64,000 bases of DNA from Candidatus Latescibacterota bacterium (GCA_965116875.1 OZ220733.1:1088001-1152000), one strand, 5' to 3'; shown: positions 48,320-57,945, counted from the first letter of the stretch. Numbers and translations are program-made. Notes: a model not told the origin generated them from the letters alone.

Positions 48320-49417
48320 TCACAACCGGGCGAACAGCGCGACGTCCTTTCGATGATCGAAAAATGAGGGTTCGTGCTCCTTCAGTGGGAAGCGTGGACG
48401 AACGCCGGTGTTGACGACGTTGTCGGGATGCGGCCAGCGGCTGCCAAGTACCGAGACGAGGTTCTCCACACCCGTGATCGCCACGTCCAGGCTGGCCTGC
48501 ACGGACAGACCGGAGACGTGCGGGGTCAGGATCACGTTGTCGAGCCGGGCGAGCGCGTGGTCGGGCGGCGCCTCCCGTTCGCCGAAGATCTCGATGTCGT
48601 CGAACGTGTCCAGCGCGGCCCCCGCCAGATGACCGTTTCGCAGAAGGTCCGCGAGGGCGCTTTCGTCCGTGATGGCCCCGCGGCAGGTGTTGATGAAAAA
48701 GGACCCGGGTTTCACCTTCCGGAGGGTTGATCCGTCCAACAGATGATGGGTCTCCCGAGTCAGGGGCAGATGCAGGGAGACGAAGTCCGACTCCGCCAAT
48801 AGCGTATCGAGGTCCACGATCCTGACGCCCAGGGCATCGGCCTCGTCCCTCGGCGCGCGCATGTTTTTCCTGGTGGCCAGGAGTCTCAGGCCAAAGGGCC
48901 TTGCCCGTTGCACGACGGCTTTGGCCGAGGCGCCGAAACCGATCAGGCCTAGCGTGAGGCCGGAGATGCGATGAAGGCCGAGACCTTCTTCTCGCGCTTT
49001 CCGGAACCTGCCGGCGTAAAAGTGCCGTGACATTGCGGGAATTCGCCGGGCGAGGCCGAGCAGGGAAGCCATGACGTGGTCGGCCATCTCTTCGTTGCAG
49101 AACGTGGGGACGTTGGAGACGACGATGCCGTCACGCGTGGCGGCCTCCACGTCGATCTTGTCCGTGCCATTGCCCAGACGGGAAATGATCGTGCATCTGG
49201 TGAGGCTCCTGATGACCGGATCGGGGAGGGACGCCGACACGACGGCCAGGGCGTCGCAATCCGCAACACCCGCAATGATGTCGTCCGGTTCGTACGCGTC
49301 CACCAGGACAGGGCTGATACCATAGTGCCTGTACAGCGCCGCTTCGGTCGGACTGACCGGAATGACCTCGGCGTTGAGGCGGACGAATCGGATATGTCCA
49401 AAGTCGGTCCTGGGCAT
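48320..49417 (-). CDS. D-2-hydroxyacid dehydrogenase (CtBP-like)
   Basis: GNGTDKIDV, LGLIGFG, SDFVSLHLPL, INTCRG, AALD, LTPHVSG; start moved to ATG 49417. Confidence 0.9.
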   Translation of the reverse strand: MPRTDFGHIRFVRLNAEVIPVSPTEAALYRHYGISPVLVDAYEPDDIIAGVADCDALAVVSASLPDPVIRSLTRCTIISRLGNGTDKIDVEAATRDGIVVSNVPTFCNEEMADHVMASLLGLARRIPAMSRHFYAGRFRKAREEGLGLHRISGLTLGLIGFGASAKAVVQRARPFGLRLLATRKNMRAPRDEADALGVRIVDLDTLLAESDFVSLHLPLTRETHHLLDGSTLRKVKPGSFFINTCRGAITDESALADLLRNGHLAGAALDTFDDIEIFGEREAPPDHALARLDNVILTPHVSGLSVQASLDVAITGVENLVSVLGSRWPHPDNVVNTGVRPRFPLKEHEPSFFDHRKDVALFARL

Positions 49418-49525
49418 TGGGTCAATTGTGGAAAACAGCCCGCATCCGCGTGACAACGCTCGCGGCCAGGGTTTATTTCCTGATCGGATCACCTTCCTGA
49501 AGGTACGTTCCGGTCTCCCTGTCTG

Positions 49526-49705
49526 TCATTGCGGCGCCGGCGCCTCCGGGGAAAGAAGGAGCAATCCCGGCACGGTTGCAAAATGGCGATCCATCGAGAC
49601 CAGCCGCAAACCGTGCTCCATGGTCTGAGCCGCGATCCAGATATCGTTTGTCGGGATCGGGGTCCCCGCTCGCCTGAACCCGTGTACGATATCGCAGGCC
49701 GCGGG
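49526..49705 (-). pseudogene. vapC: C-terminal half of a VapC (PIN) toxin
   Basis: Manual translation ...RRAGTPIPTNDIWIAAQTMEHGLRLVSMDRHFATVPGL...*; in-frame TGA immediately upstream and no intact N-terminus. Confidence 0.75.
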
Positions 49706-49919
49706 TCAAGTAAGATGCGCTTGCCGCCGTTGAAACGATGGACGTCTATGGTATCCCGCGCGTTCGAGGTAACCCGCGCCGTCGCCGGTCAAAAACACGA
49801 CATGCCCGTATTCCCGTTGTAATTCAGTGCGGCATTGAGTGGTCTGACATCGCGGGGCAGGCCGCCGCGGTAATGATTCTGTCGACACCGCGTCAAAGTC
49901 GAGATCGGCCGGCAACGAT

Positions 49920-50744
49920 CTACAGTTTCAGGAACAACCCGACTTCCCAGACAGGGGCATCGAGCAGGTTGTGGCTTCGCGTGAACCTCGACATGCCGGC
50001 GGTAATTCCCGCGTTGGGCGAAACATGGAAATCGATCTGGGCGCCAAAGGACAGGTACTCGAGATCGTTGCGCGGGTGAAACTCATCATCTGCTCTGTCG
50101 AGGGCTTCGACCCCGCGGAGCCAGACGGAGACGCCCATTCGCTCGGCGATCGTATATCCGGCCTGCAGACTATATCGCAACTCGTCCGCGTAATTGTCAT
50201 CGCGATTGTCACTGCTCTTTCGGTTGTTGTATCCAATCTCACCTATCAGATAGGCAGGTGCGGGATAGAGCGAATGGCCTACTTGAAAGGAAACATGCTG
50301 ATTGAATTCGCCATCGCCTGTCCAGAGGACGATATCCCCCCCCGATTCGCCCAGCGGCAATCCTGCCATGGCCTGCAGACTGACCACCGTTGGTCCCTTT
50401 GTCAGAATCCCGATCCTGACACCTGCGTCCCCATCGCCAACACCGGCTGTTGAATCGAACCCCTCGACGTCCACGCCGAAGTGCGCATAGACCGGCATGT
50501 AGCCCACCAGCGTCACCCGGTCAGTCAAGCCGAATTCACCGTAAAGGCTTGTCGTATAGCCACTCACGGTCGGGATCTCGGTCTTCGATCCATTCGCCGT
50601 GAAAAGTGACTCGGCGCGAATGACCTGCTGGCTGAGTTTGAAGTACCCCTTACCCTTCGGCTGCGTCCATCCGCCCGCGTGGGCGATGAAGGAATCGGAT
50701 ATCATCACGCACGTGAGCAACGCGGCAAAAACAAACCTGTTCAC
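49920..50744 (-). CDS. Putative outer-membrane beta-barrel protein
   Basis: Signal peptide ending AHA-GGWTQPKGKGYFK; YGEFGLTDRVTL; alternating strands; ends WEVGLFLKL; SD AAGGAG. Confidence 0.7.
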   Translation of the reverse strand: MNRFVFAALLTCVMISDSFIAHAGGWTQPKGKGYFKLSQQVIRAESLFTANGSKTEIPTVSGYTTSLYGEFGLTDRVTLVGYMPVYAHFGVDVEGFDSTAGVGDGDAGVRIGILTKGPTVVSLQAMAGLPLGESGGDIVLWTGDGEFNQHVSFQVGHSLYPAPAYLIGEIGYNNRKSSDNRDDNYADELRYSLQAGYTIAERMGVSVWLRGVEALDRADDEFHPRNDLEYLSFGAQIDFHVSPNAGITAGMSRFTRSHNLLDAPVWEVGLFLKL

Positions 50745-50762
50745 TCAATACTCCTTTGCATA

Positions 50763-50924
50763 GAAGCTGTCTTAAAATTCCCAGCGGTCTTCGCGCGGCT
50801 GCAAGAGCGCCGGTCGGCGTTGGTCAAACCCACCCGTATAACCAAATATGGGCGGATTTTCCCGCCTTGACCACCACTCTTTAGCTCGCGCTCGCGAACT
50901 CACCGGTAATTTTAAGACAACTTC
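50763..50924. mobile_element. 162-bp palindromic MITE-like element, copy 2 (inverted)
   Basis: Reverse complement of 18870-19031 with 10 substitutions and no indels. Confidence 0.85.
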
Positions 50925-50927
50925 CTA

Positions 50928-53702
50928 TCAATTGCCCAATGAAGCGCTTCCGACTGCTCTGTTGATCAGCCTGCAGTGAAGAATGAGGTGGCTCCATGAA
51001 TCGATATTCTTTCCACTGGCGGGAGTAAACGTCCATTCCTTATTCCCTGACTGCCGTGACACTTCACCAAATTGCACGGCGCCGGAAGGTAAAGAACCAT
51101 TTCTGGGCCAGTTGATGTTGCTGCTGGTGTAGAGAGCCACAAACACATCCGGCGCCCCACCCGGCGTTGACAGTCCGGTAATGCTGAGTTTGAGCTTCCC
51201 GTCGGAAGTTTCGCTTAGCGCCACGGATCCACCTGATGAATAGTTGTTCCGACCACTGATCGTACCGGTACGCCTTCGCGGTTCCGATGCGGTCACGGTC
51301 AACGCCGCCGTACCGGATTTGCCGTCCACCGTCGCCGTGATCGTCGTGGAACCGGCGTCCACGCCCGTTGCCAAGCCAGACGAATTGATGGTCGCCACCG
51401 AGGTGCTGCTGCTCGTCCAGGCAAAGGTCTTGCCGGATATCATCGTGTTGTCCGAGGTAAAAGCGGTGGCGCTGAACTGGTGGGTCCCGCCCTCCTCGAT
51501 TGATACGGACGATGGACTCACCGTGACACGGTCCACAACCGGCGGCGGCTCGGTCACGGTCAGCGTCGCCGTGCCGGATTTGCCGTCCACCGTCGCCGTG
51601 ATCGTCGTGGAACCGGCGTCCACGCCCGTTGCCAAGCCAGATGAATTGATGGTCGCCACCGAGGGGCTGCTGCTCGTCCAGGTGAACGTCTTGCCGGATA
51701 TCATCGTGTTGTTCGAGGTATAGGCGGTTGCGCTGAACTGGTGGGTCCCGCCCTCCTCGATTGATACGGACGATGGACTCACCGTGACACGGTCCACAAC
51801 CGGCGGCGCCTCGGTCACGGTCAGCGTCGCCGTGCCGGATTTGCCGTCCACGGTCGCCGTGATCGTCGTGGATCCGGCGTCCACGCCCGTTGCCAAGCCA
51901 GATGAATTGATGGTCGCCACCGAGGTGCTGCTGCTCGTCCAGGCAAAGGTCTTGCCGGATATCATCGTGTTGTTCGAGGTAAAAGCGGTGGCGCTGAACT
52001 GGTGGGTCCGGCCCTCCTCGATTGATACGGACGGTGGACTCACCGTGACACGGTCCACAACCGGCGGCGGCTCGGTCACGGTCAGCGTCGCCGTGCCGGA
52101 TTTTCCGTCCACCGTCGCCGTGATCGTCGTGGAACCGGCGTCCACGCCCGTTGCCAAGCCAGATGAATTGATGGTCGCCACCGAGGGGCTGCTGCTCGTC
52201 CAGGTGAACGTCTTGCCGGATATCATCGTGTTGTTCGAGGTATAGGCGGTTGCGCTGAACTGGTGGGTCCCGCCCTCCTCGATTGATACGGACGATGGAC
52301 TCACCGTGACACGGTCCACAACCGGCGGCGCCTCGGTCACGGTCAGCGTCGCCGTGCCGGATTTGCCGTCCACGGTCGCCGTGATCGTCGTGGATCCGGC
52401 GTCCACGCCCGTTGCCAAGCCAGATGAATTGATGGTCGCCACCGAGGTGCTGCTGCTCGTCCAGGCAAAGGTCTTGCCGGATATCATCGTGTTGTTCGAG
52501 GTAAAAGCGGTGGCGCTGAACTGGTGGGTCCGGCCCTCCTCGATTGATACGGACGGTGGACTCACCGTGACACGGTCCACAACCGGCGGCGCCTCGGTCA
52601 CGGTCAACGCCGCCGTGCCGGATTTTCCGTCCACCGTCGCCGTGATCGTCGTGGAACCGGCGTCCACGCCCGTTGCCAAGCCAGACGAATTGATGGTCGC
52701 CACCGAGGTGCTGCTGCTCGTCCAGGCAAAGGTCTTGCCGGATATCATCGTGTTGTCCGACGTATACGCTGTAGCGCTGAACTGCTGCGTCTCTTCTTCT
52801 TCGATTGATGCCGACGATGGACTTACCGTGACACGGGCCACAACCGGGGGCGGCTCGGTCACGGTCAGCGTCGCCGTGCCGGATTTGCCGTCCACCGTCG
52901 CCGTGATCGTCGTGGAACCGACGTCCTCGCCCGTTGCCAACCCGGACGCGTTGACGGTGGCCACCGAGGTGCTGCTGCTCGTCCAGGTGAACGTCTTGCC
53001 GGATATCATCGTGTTGTTCGAGGTAAAAGCGGTGGCGCTGAACTGGTGGGTCCGGCCCTCCTCGATTGATACGGACGATGGACTCACCATGACACGGTCC
53101 ACAACCGGCGGCGCCTCGGTCACGGTCAGCGTCGCCGTACCGGATTTGCCGTCCACGGTCGCCGTGATCGTCGTGGATCCGGCGTCCACGCCCGTTGCCA
53201 AGCCAGACGAATTGATGGTGGCCACTGAGGTGCTGCTGCTCGTCCAGGTGAAGGTCTTGCCGGATATCATCGTGTTGTCCGAGGTATAGGCGGTGGCGCT
53301 GAACTGGTGGGTCCCGCCCTCCTCGATTGATACGGACGGTGGACTCACCGTGACACTGGCCACGACCGGCGGCGCCTCGCAGGTCGTGCCAAACACTTTG
53401 GCAAAGAGCACAAAATCACGAAAGTCGATCTCGCCATTGTCGTCCGTATCCATCAGCGCGTTGTAATCGGCATCGCCGGAAGAGGCGCCAAACACGACGG
53501 CTAAGGATAGAAAATCCGCGAAATCAACCATACCATTGTTGTCAAAATCACCAGGACAGGCACGATTCCCCACTCCGTCATCGGGGGTCAGATCGTGAGA
53601 CACGACGGTTCTCGCGTTGGGACCGACAGCGGCCGATGCTGCGAAGACGAGCAACAAAACGGCGAAAAGTAACAACTGCCCGTTTGTCCTGTACGTGAAC
53701 AT
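50928..53702 (-). CDS. Secreted protein: dockerin/EF-hand-like pair + 8x Big_2 Ig repeats + DM13-like domain
   Basis: Signal peptide from ATG 53702; DFDNNGMVDFADF / DTDDNGEIDFRDF; WTSSSTSVATI..GLATG...GSTTITAT x8; APDVFVAL...GNKEW...LILHC...GSASL. Confidence 0.85.
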   Translation of the reverse strand: MFTYRTNGQLLLFAVLLLVFAASAAVGPNARTVVSHDLTPDDGVGNRACPGDFDNNGMVDFADFLSLAVVFGASSGDADYNALMDTDDNGEIDFRDFVLFAKVFGTTCEAPPVVASVTVSPPSVSIEEGGTHQFSATAYTSDNTMISGKTFTWTSSSTSVATINSSGLATGVDAGSTTITATVDGKSGTATLTVTEAPPVVDRVMVSPSSVSIEEGRTHQFSATAFTSNNTMISGKTFTWTSSSTSVATVNASGLATGEDVGSTTITATVDGKSGTATLTVTEPPPVVARVTVSPSSASIEEEETQQFSATAYTSDNTMISGKTFAWTSSSTSVATINSSGLATGVDAGSTTITATVDGKSGTAALTVTEAPPVVDRVTVSPPSVSIEEGRTHQFSATAFTSNNTMISGKTFAWTSSSTSVATINSSGLATGVDAGSTTITATVDGKSGTATLTVTEAPPVVDRVTVSPSSVSIEEGGTHQFSATAYTSNNTMISGKTFTWTSSSPSVATINSSGLATGVDAGSTTITATVDGKSGTATLTVTEPPPVVDRVTVSPPSVSIEEGRTHQFSATAFTSNNTMISGKTFAWTSSSTSVATINSSGLATGVDAGSTTITATVDGKSGTATLTVTEAPPVVDRVTVSPSSVSIEEGGTHQFSATAYTSNNTMISGKTFTWTSSSPSVATINSSGLATGVDAGSTTITATVDGKSGTATLTVTEPPPVVDRVTVSPSSVSIEEGGTHQFSATAFTSDNTMISGKTFAWTSSSTSVATINSSGLATGVDAGSTTITATVDGKSGTAALTVTASEPRRRTGTISGRNNYSSGGSVALSETSDGKLKLSITGLSTPGGAPDVFVALYTSSNINWPRNGSLPSGAVQFGEVSRQSGNKEWTFTPASGKNIDSWSHLILHCRLINRAVGSASLGN
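51291..53378 (-). repeat. Tandem array of 8 x 261-bp coding repeats
   Basis: Exact 261-nt (87-aa) period with near-identical units. Confidence 0.95.
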
Positions 53703-53888
53703 GGCAGGCACATCCTTTTTGATGGTTCGGGTCTGAGAAGCTCTGTTCGTGGAAACGTTGTCTTCAGTTACCAGTGGTGCGGATGATGATCTCCTTCTGA
53801 TCGACGCGGCCATTTGCCTGGGATGGACGACCCTGCTCGTCCCGGTGTTTGCCGCCGACATCAGCAGCTTCTTCGAGACAAAGCCTGC

Positions 53889-54950
53889 TCACCTGATCCG
53901 GCCGCGCGCGTGTACCGGCCAAGTCGCTTCGACCGTTCCGTTGCGCGCCACAACCATGACGTCGTGTTCGTTTACGCAGGGACAGGGGTGAACGGGAAGC
54001 ACCTGCACGCGCTCTCCGATCTCCGGCTTGACCGCGCATTGGGAGATGTCCACGTGGCCGTGTTCTTCGGACGCGATCCCGATGAGCGCATCGGGGTATT
54101 CCACGATGTACCCCATGCAGTCTCCCCGGTCCGTCTTGTAGATGGACGCGCTCAACGCCTTGCTTCCCGCATCCAGGAACATACGGTCGCCGGTGGGTCT
54201 GCTCACGACGGTGGTGATCACGCGAAGGGCGCACTGCTCCACGGTGTGCCGGCCTTCGGCCAGGTGCATGGCGCCGCCTACCGGGTATTCGCCGGCGCGG
54301 TATTCGGTGAGTTCAGGGATTTCGTGCGCGTCCAGAGCGTGGGGGGTCCCGCCGCCGCTTACCACGTCGCGAGGCAGGCCGGCCCTGTCGAACAGGTCTA
54401 TCGTTTCCTGAATGAGCGGCCTGCATTCGGGCGGCGTGGGAAAACCCATGAATCCCCTGAGGTCCAGTCCGGGAAGATCGTGGACGAGTTTCGCCAGTTC
54501 CGCCGATTCCCGCGGCGTGGGCACCCCCGTGCGTTCGAACCCCATTTCCACTTCGATCAGGATGCCGATGGAAACGCCCGCGGAAGCGGCGGCGCGGGAG
54601 AGTCCACGTACCGTGAACTCGGAGTCCGGGGCGAGGGTAACCGGCAGTCGCTTCGCCAGGGCCGTAAGCCGGTCGAGTTTCCGTGCGCCCATGATGTTGT
54701 AGGGAATGAGCAGGTCGGTGTGGATGCCTCCCGCCGCCAGGACTTCGGCTTCGCCGAGCTTCTGGCAGGTGAGGCCTATTGCGCCGTGATTCAGTTGCAT
54801 CCGGGCGACGGCGAGGGTCTTGTGGGTCTTGATATGGGGCCGGAATCCGATGCGGTGTCTTTCGAAATAGCCATGGTATCGCTTCAGGTTTTCTTCCAGT
54901 GCGTCCAGGTGGATGACGAGGACCGGCGTGTCCAGTTCGTCGACGTGCAT
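53889..54950 (-). CDS. DSD1 / D-threonine aldolase family PLP enzyme (alanine racemase fold)
   Basis: LDTPVLVI, RPHIKTHK, CQKLGEAE, SGGGTP, LDAGSKALS, SEEHG, PVHPC. Confidence 0.9.
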   Translation of the reverse strand: MHVDELDTPVLVIHLDALEENLKRYHGYFERHRIGFRPHIKTHKTLAVARMQLNHGAIGLTCQKLGEAEVLAAGGIHTDLLIPYNIMGARKLDRLTALAKRLPVTLAPDSEFTVRGLSRAAASAGVSIGILIEVEMGFERTGVPTPRESAELAKLVHDLPGLDLRGFMGFPTPPECRPLIQETIDLFDRAGLPRDVVSGGGTPHALDAHEIPELTEYRAGEYPVGGAMHLAEGRHTVEQCALRVITTVVSRPTGDRMFLDAGSKALSASIYKTDRGDCMGYIVEYPDALIGIASEEHGHVDISQCAVKPEIGERVQVLPVHPCPCVNEHDVMVVARNGTVEATWPVHARGRIR

Positions 54951-55075
54951 TCAGGTCTCCTTTGTCGTGACTCGTCGGATTGGCCGTGTCTGTGTAGAGA
55001 TAGCTTGCGCGGCGGCACAGGTCAAGGGATTTCGCGTGCAGTCCGGTGAAAGAGTCGCTCTGCAGGCGAGGCTTG

Positions 55076-55208
55076 GTGTCCCGTCCCGGAAATAGATTGC
55101 CATTGTGGTCGAAGACAAGGCGCGCAACCGAGTCCCATCAAGCGATTCGGCAAGGGCGCGCAACGCAGTATTTCGACCGCAAGGGCCGGCCGCAGCCCGG
55201 ATGGGCTC
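55076..55208. repeat. Degenerate palindromic element with AAGGCG/CAACGC internal motif
   Basis: TTGTGGTCGAA (55103-55113) pairs with TTCGACCGCAA (55172-55182), enclosing CAAGGCG...CAACGCAG as in the 162-bp element. Confidence 0.5.
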
Positions 55209-55482
55209 TTTCATCGGGCTGCTAATGGAGCCGGCGGGAACGCTTTTCGCTTGACATGCGGCGTCCCCGGCCCAAAGTTTAGTTCGAAAAATAGACAGCA
55301 TAAGCCTGTGGATCCGGTTCGCGGCATCGTGTTTCCGGATGCCCGGTTCAGGAGACCTCCCGGCTTGCGGGCGATCGTGGGCTGTTGACCCGGAACTACA
55401 GGTTGGGTCGCTTTACGTTGAACGATCCTCGCTGTATGCTCGACGTCCGAACAAACAGATCACCGGTTCGCGGAGTAAGGCT

Positions 55483-57945
55483 ATGATAAACCAGATCTGT
55501 CATTCCGGCCCCTGCAGTCCGGTCCGCCTGTGCGCCTGGCTGTGTGTTCTCGCCGTTGCCGTGGTGTCTGAAACGCCCGCGGCTGAGCGGTCGGGACCGT
55601 CCATTTCAACGGCCGCGCGGGACTCGCTCGTAACCGCGGCCGAAGAGCACGCGAACTCGGGTGCGCATGGGGAAGCCGTCGAAATTCTCGGCAGGCTTGT
55701 CGAAGCGTTTCCGGACGACGTCAACCTCCTGACGCGCCAGGGGGACGCCCTGCTGAAAGCGGGAGATTTCGAATCCGCCATCACCGCATTTGAATCGGCG
55801 AAGAAGCTCGATTCGGACCTTCCGGGCACGTACGTGGGACTCGGACTCGCCAGATTGCGAAACTCGGGAAGAGGGTTGGAGGCGTTTTTCAATTTTCGCC
55901 AAGCCGTGGGGGAAGCCAGATCGGCTATCGAGATCAACGCGGCCTACGCGCCGGCATACCGGCTCCTGGGGGAGGCGTACGGGCGATTCGAAGAAGACCA
56001 TGAAAAGGCGCTCGGCTATTATACGACCTACATCGAACTGGAACCCGACAACCCCGAAGGTCGCTACGAATTCGGGCTCTCGCTGGTCCAACTCGGGAAG
56101 TTCGAAGAAATAGACCAATACATCACTCCCTTTATCGAGACGCATCCTTCAAGAACCCGGCTGCTTCCACTGGCCGCACAGGCCCACTTCTACCTGGAAC
56201 GGTTCGGCCGGGCCCTGGACCTCTTCGAACGGTATCTGCAGACGCAGGACCCCGCGGAGCGCCGCCTGTTTACGGACATCGCACTGGTCGCCTCCGAGGA
56301 GGAACTCGAAGCATACCGGGCCGCGGCGCCCGAGGAAAAGGCGACCTTCCTCGAAAGGTTCTGGCTGAAGAGGGATTCCGACATTTTGACCGCGATCAAC
56401 GAACGGGTGATCGAGCACTATCGCCGGGTCTGGTACGCCCGGACCTTTTTCGCCACGGGCGCCAGCCTCTGGGACAAACGCGGTGAGGTCTACATACGTT
56501 ACGGAGAACCCGATTACCGGTCCCGGTCCACGCGGAGGCAATTTGTGCAGAATCCGAAGGTCCAGGCCGTCCGGGACCGGATGGCGGTCGCGCTCTACGG
56601 CGACGAGGCCGCGCTGCTGACGTTTACAGGCCCGGTGTTTCCGATCCGGGCGAATCGAAGTCACCTGGCCGCCACGCTCTTCGACGAGCATGTTACCCCG
56701 GAGGCCGCCGACGCGACAACAGCTGACGACGATGCCGGCGTTGACGCCTCCCAGGTTTCCGCACTGGCGGAAAGAGAAGAGGACCCGACGGCGATGATCA
56801 GGGAAGACAGCCGTTTCGACGAGTTCGGGAATCTGAATACCCGGCTCAATTTCGGCGGGTACGCCCCGATCACGCTGGACAACGAGGTCGGCACCGTACC
56901 CTGGGAAACCTGGACGTACACGCGGATCGGAAACGGCATGGAAATCACGTTTACGGACGAACGGGGAACGGGCGCGTTCGACTTCGCACCCATCCCGCCT
57001 CCGTCGCTGGACACGGACGTGTCCCGGATGTCCCGGTTTACGGAATACGCCCCGCGCGTTGTCTTTCGCAACGCGGTCTCCCGCATGCCCGACGTTTACC
57101 GCCCCAGGTTTCACCATCCCCCGATGGACTTCTACTTCGATCTGGCCAGCTTCCGCGCGACGGAGGGCCTGACGACGCTGGAGGTCTACTACGGAATACC
57201 GGCCGCACAGGTTAAGGTCGGGCAGAGACGCAACGTGTCGTACATTCAGGTCAAGTGCGCGCTTGCCCTGGCCCCGGCGGATTACAGCGTCATCCATCGA
57301 ACGTCTTCCAGCCGCGCCTACAGGGTTGTGAGCGATTTCAGCGGCGCCCAGAAAGCGTTTATGCCGGAACTGCTCAAACTCCAGGTCCCGCCCGGGAAAT
57401 ACGACCTTCAGGTCCAGATCAAGGACCTGCTATCCGGCCATAACGGCATCTACCGGCAGACGGTGGACGTGAAGGAGTATACCGAAGATCGGCTTCGGAT
57501 CAGCGATATTCAACTCGCCGCCACAATTGGGGAAACGAAGCTGCAGGAGCGGTTCAAGAAAGGAGAAGTGTGGGTTGTGCCCATGCCAACCCGGAACTAC
57601 CGGGGAGCCCAGCAGGTATACGCATACTACGAGATCTACAACCTGAAGAAGAACCGGTTCGGCCAGACGCGTTACAAGGTAAAGTACGTGGTGCGGTACG
57701 TTTCGAAACCCATCCGCGGCGCGCTCGGTTCGGTGGCATCCGGCCTCCGCTCGCTATTCAGGAGCAAGAGACCCTCGGTCTCGATTTCGTACGAACATGA
57801 GGGTACCGAACCGAACGAACAGAGTTACCTGGAAATCGACCTCGACAAGGTCAAACACGGCGTGAATGTGCTCGAAGTCGAAATAAAGGACCTTGTCAGC
57901 GGCAAGAGCGAGGAACGCGAAATCCGGTTCCAGTACGGAGGTTGA
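55483..57945 (+). CDS. TPR + GWxTD-domain protein
   Basis: Signal peptide, TPR helices, FLERFWLKRD..INERVIEHYRRVWYA..WDKRGEVYIRYGEPD, WETWTY, C-terminal Ig-like domains. Confidence 0.85.
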   Translation: MINQICHSGPCSPVRLCAWLCVLAVAVVSETPAAERSGPSISTAARDSLVTAAEEHANSGAHGEAVEILGRLVEAFPDDVNLLTRQGDALLKAGDFESAITAFESAKKLDSDLPGTYVGLGLARLRNSGRGLEAFFNFRQAVGEARSAIEINAAYAPAYRLLGEAYGRFEEDHEKALGYYTTYIELEPDNPEGRYEFGLSLVQLGKFEEIDQYITPFIETHPSRTRLLPLAAQAHFYLERFGRALDLFERYLQTQDPAERRLFTDIALVASEEELEAYRAAAPEEKATFLERFWLKRDSDILTAINERVIEHYRRVWYARTFFATGASLWDKRGEVYIRYGEPDYRSRSTRRQFVQNPKVQAVRDRMAVALYGDEAALLTFTGPVFPIRANRSHLAATLFDEHVTPEAADATTADDDAGVDASQVSALAEREEDPTAMIREDSRFDEFGNLNTRLNFGGYAPITLDNEVGTVPWETWTYTRIGNGMEITFTDERGTGAFDFAPIPPPSLDTDVSRMSRFTEYAPRVVFRNAVSRMPDVYRPRFHHPPMDFYFDLASFRATEGLTTLEVYYGIPAAQVKVGQRRNVSYIQVKCALALAPADYSVIHRTSSSRAYRVVSDFSGAQKAFMPELLKLQVPPGKYDLQVQIKDLLSGHNGIYRQTVDVKEYTEDRLRISDIQLAATIGETKLQERFKKGEVWVVPMPTRNYRGAQQVYAYYEIYNLKKNRFGQTRYKVKYVVRYVSKPIRGALGSVASGLRSLFRSKRPSVSISYEHEGTEPNEQSYLEIDLDKVKHGVNVLEVEIKDLVSGKSEEREIRFQYGG

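Noticed and set aside
51291-53378. CRISPR array or diversity-generating retroelement
   Set aside because: Units are 261-bp in-frame coding repeats with no spacers; no cas or reverse transcriptase gene is present
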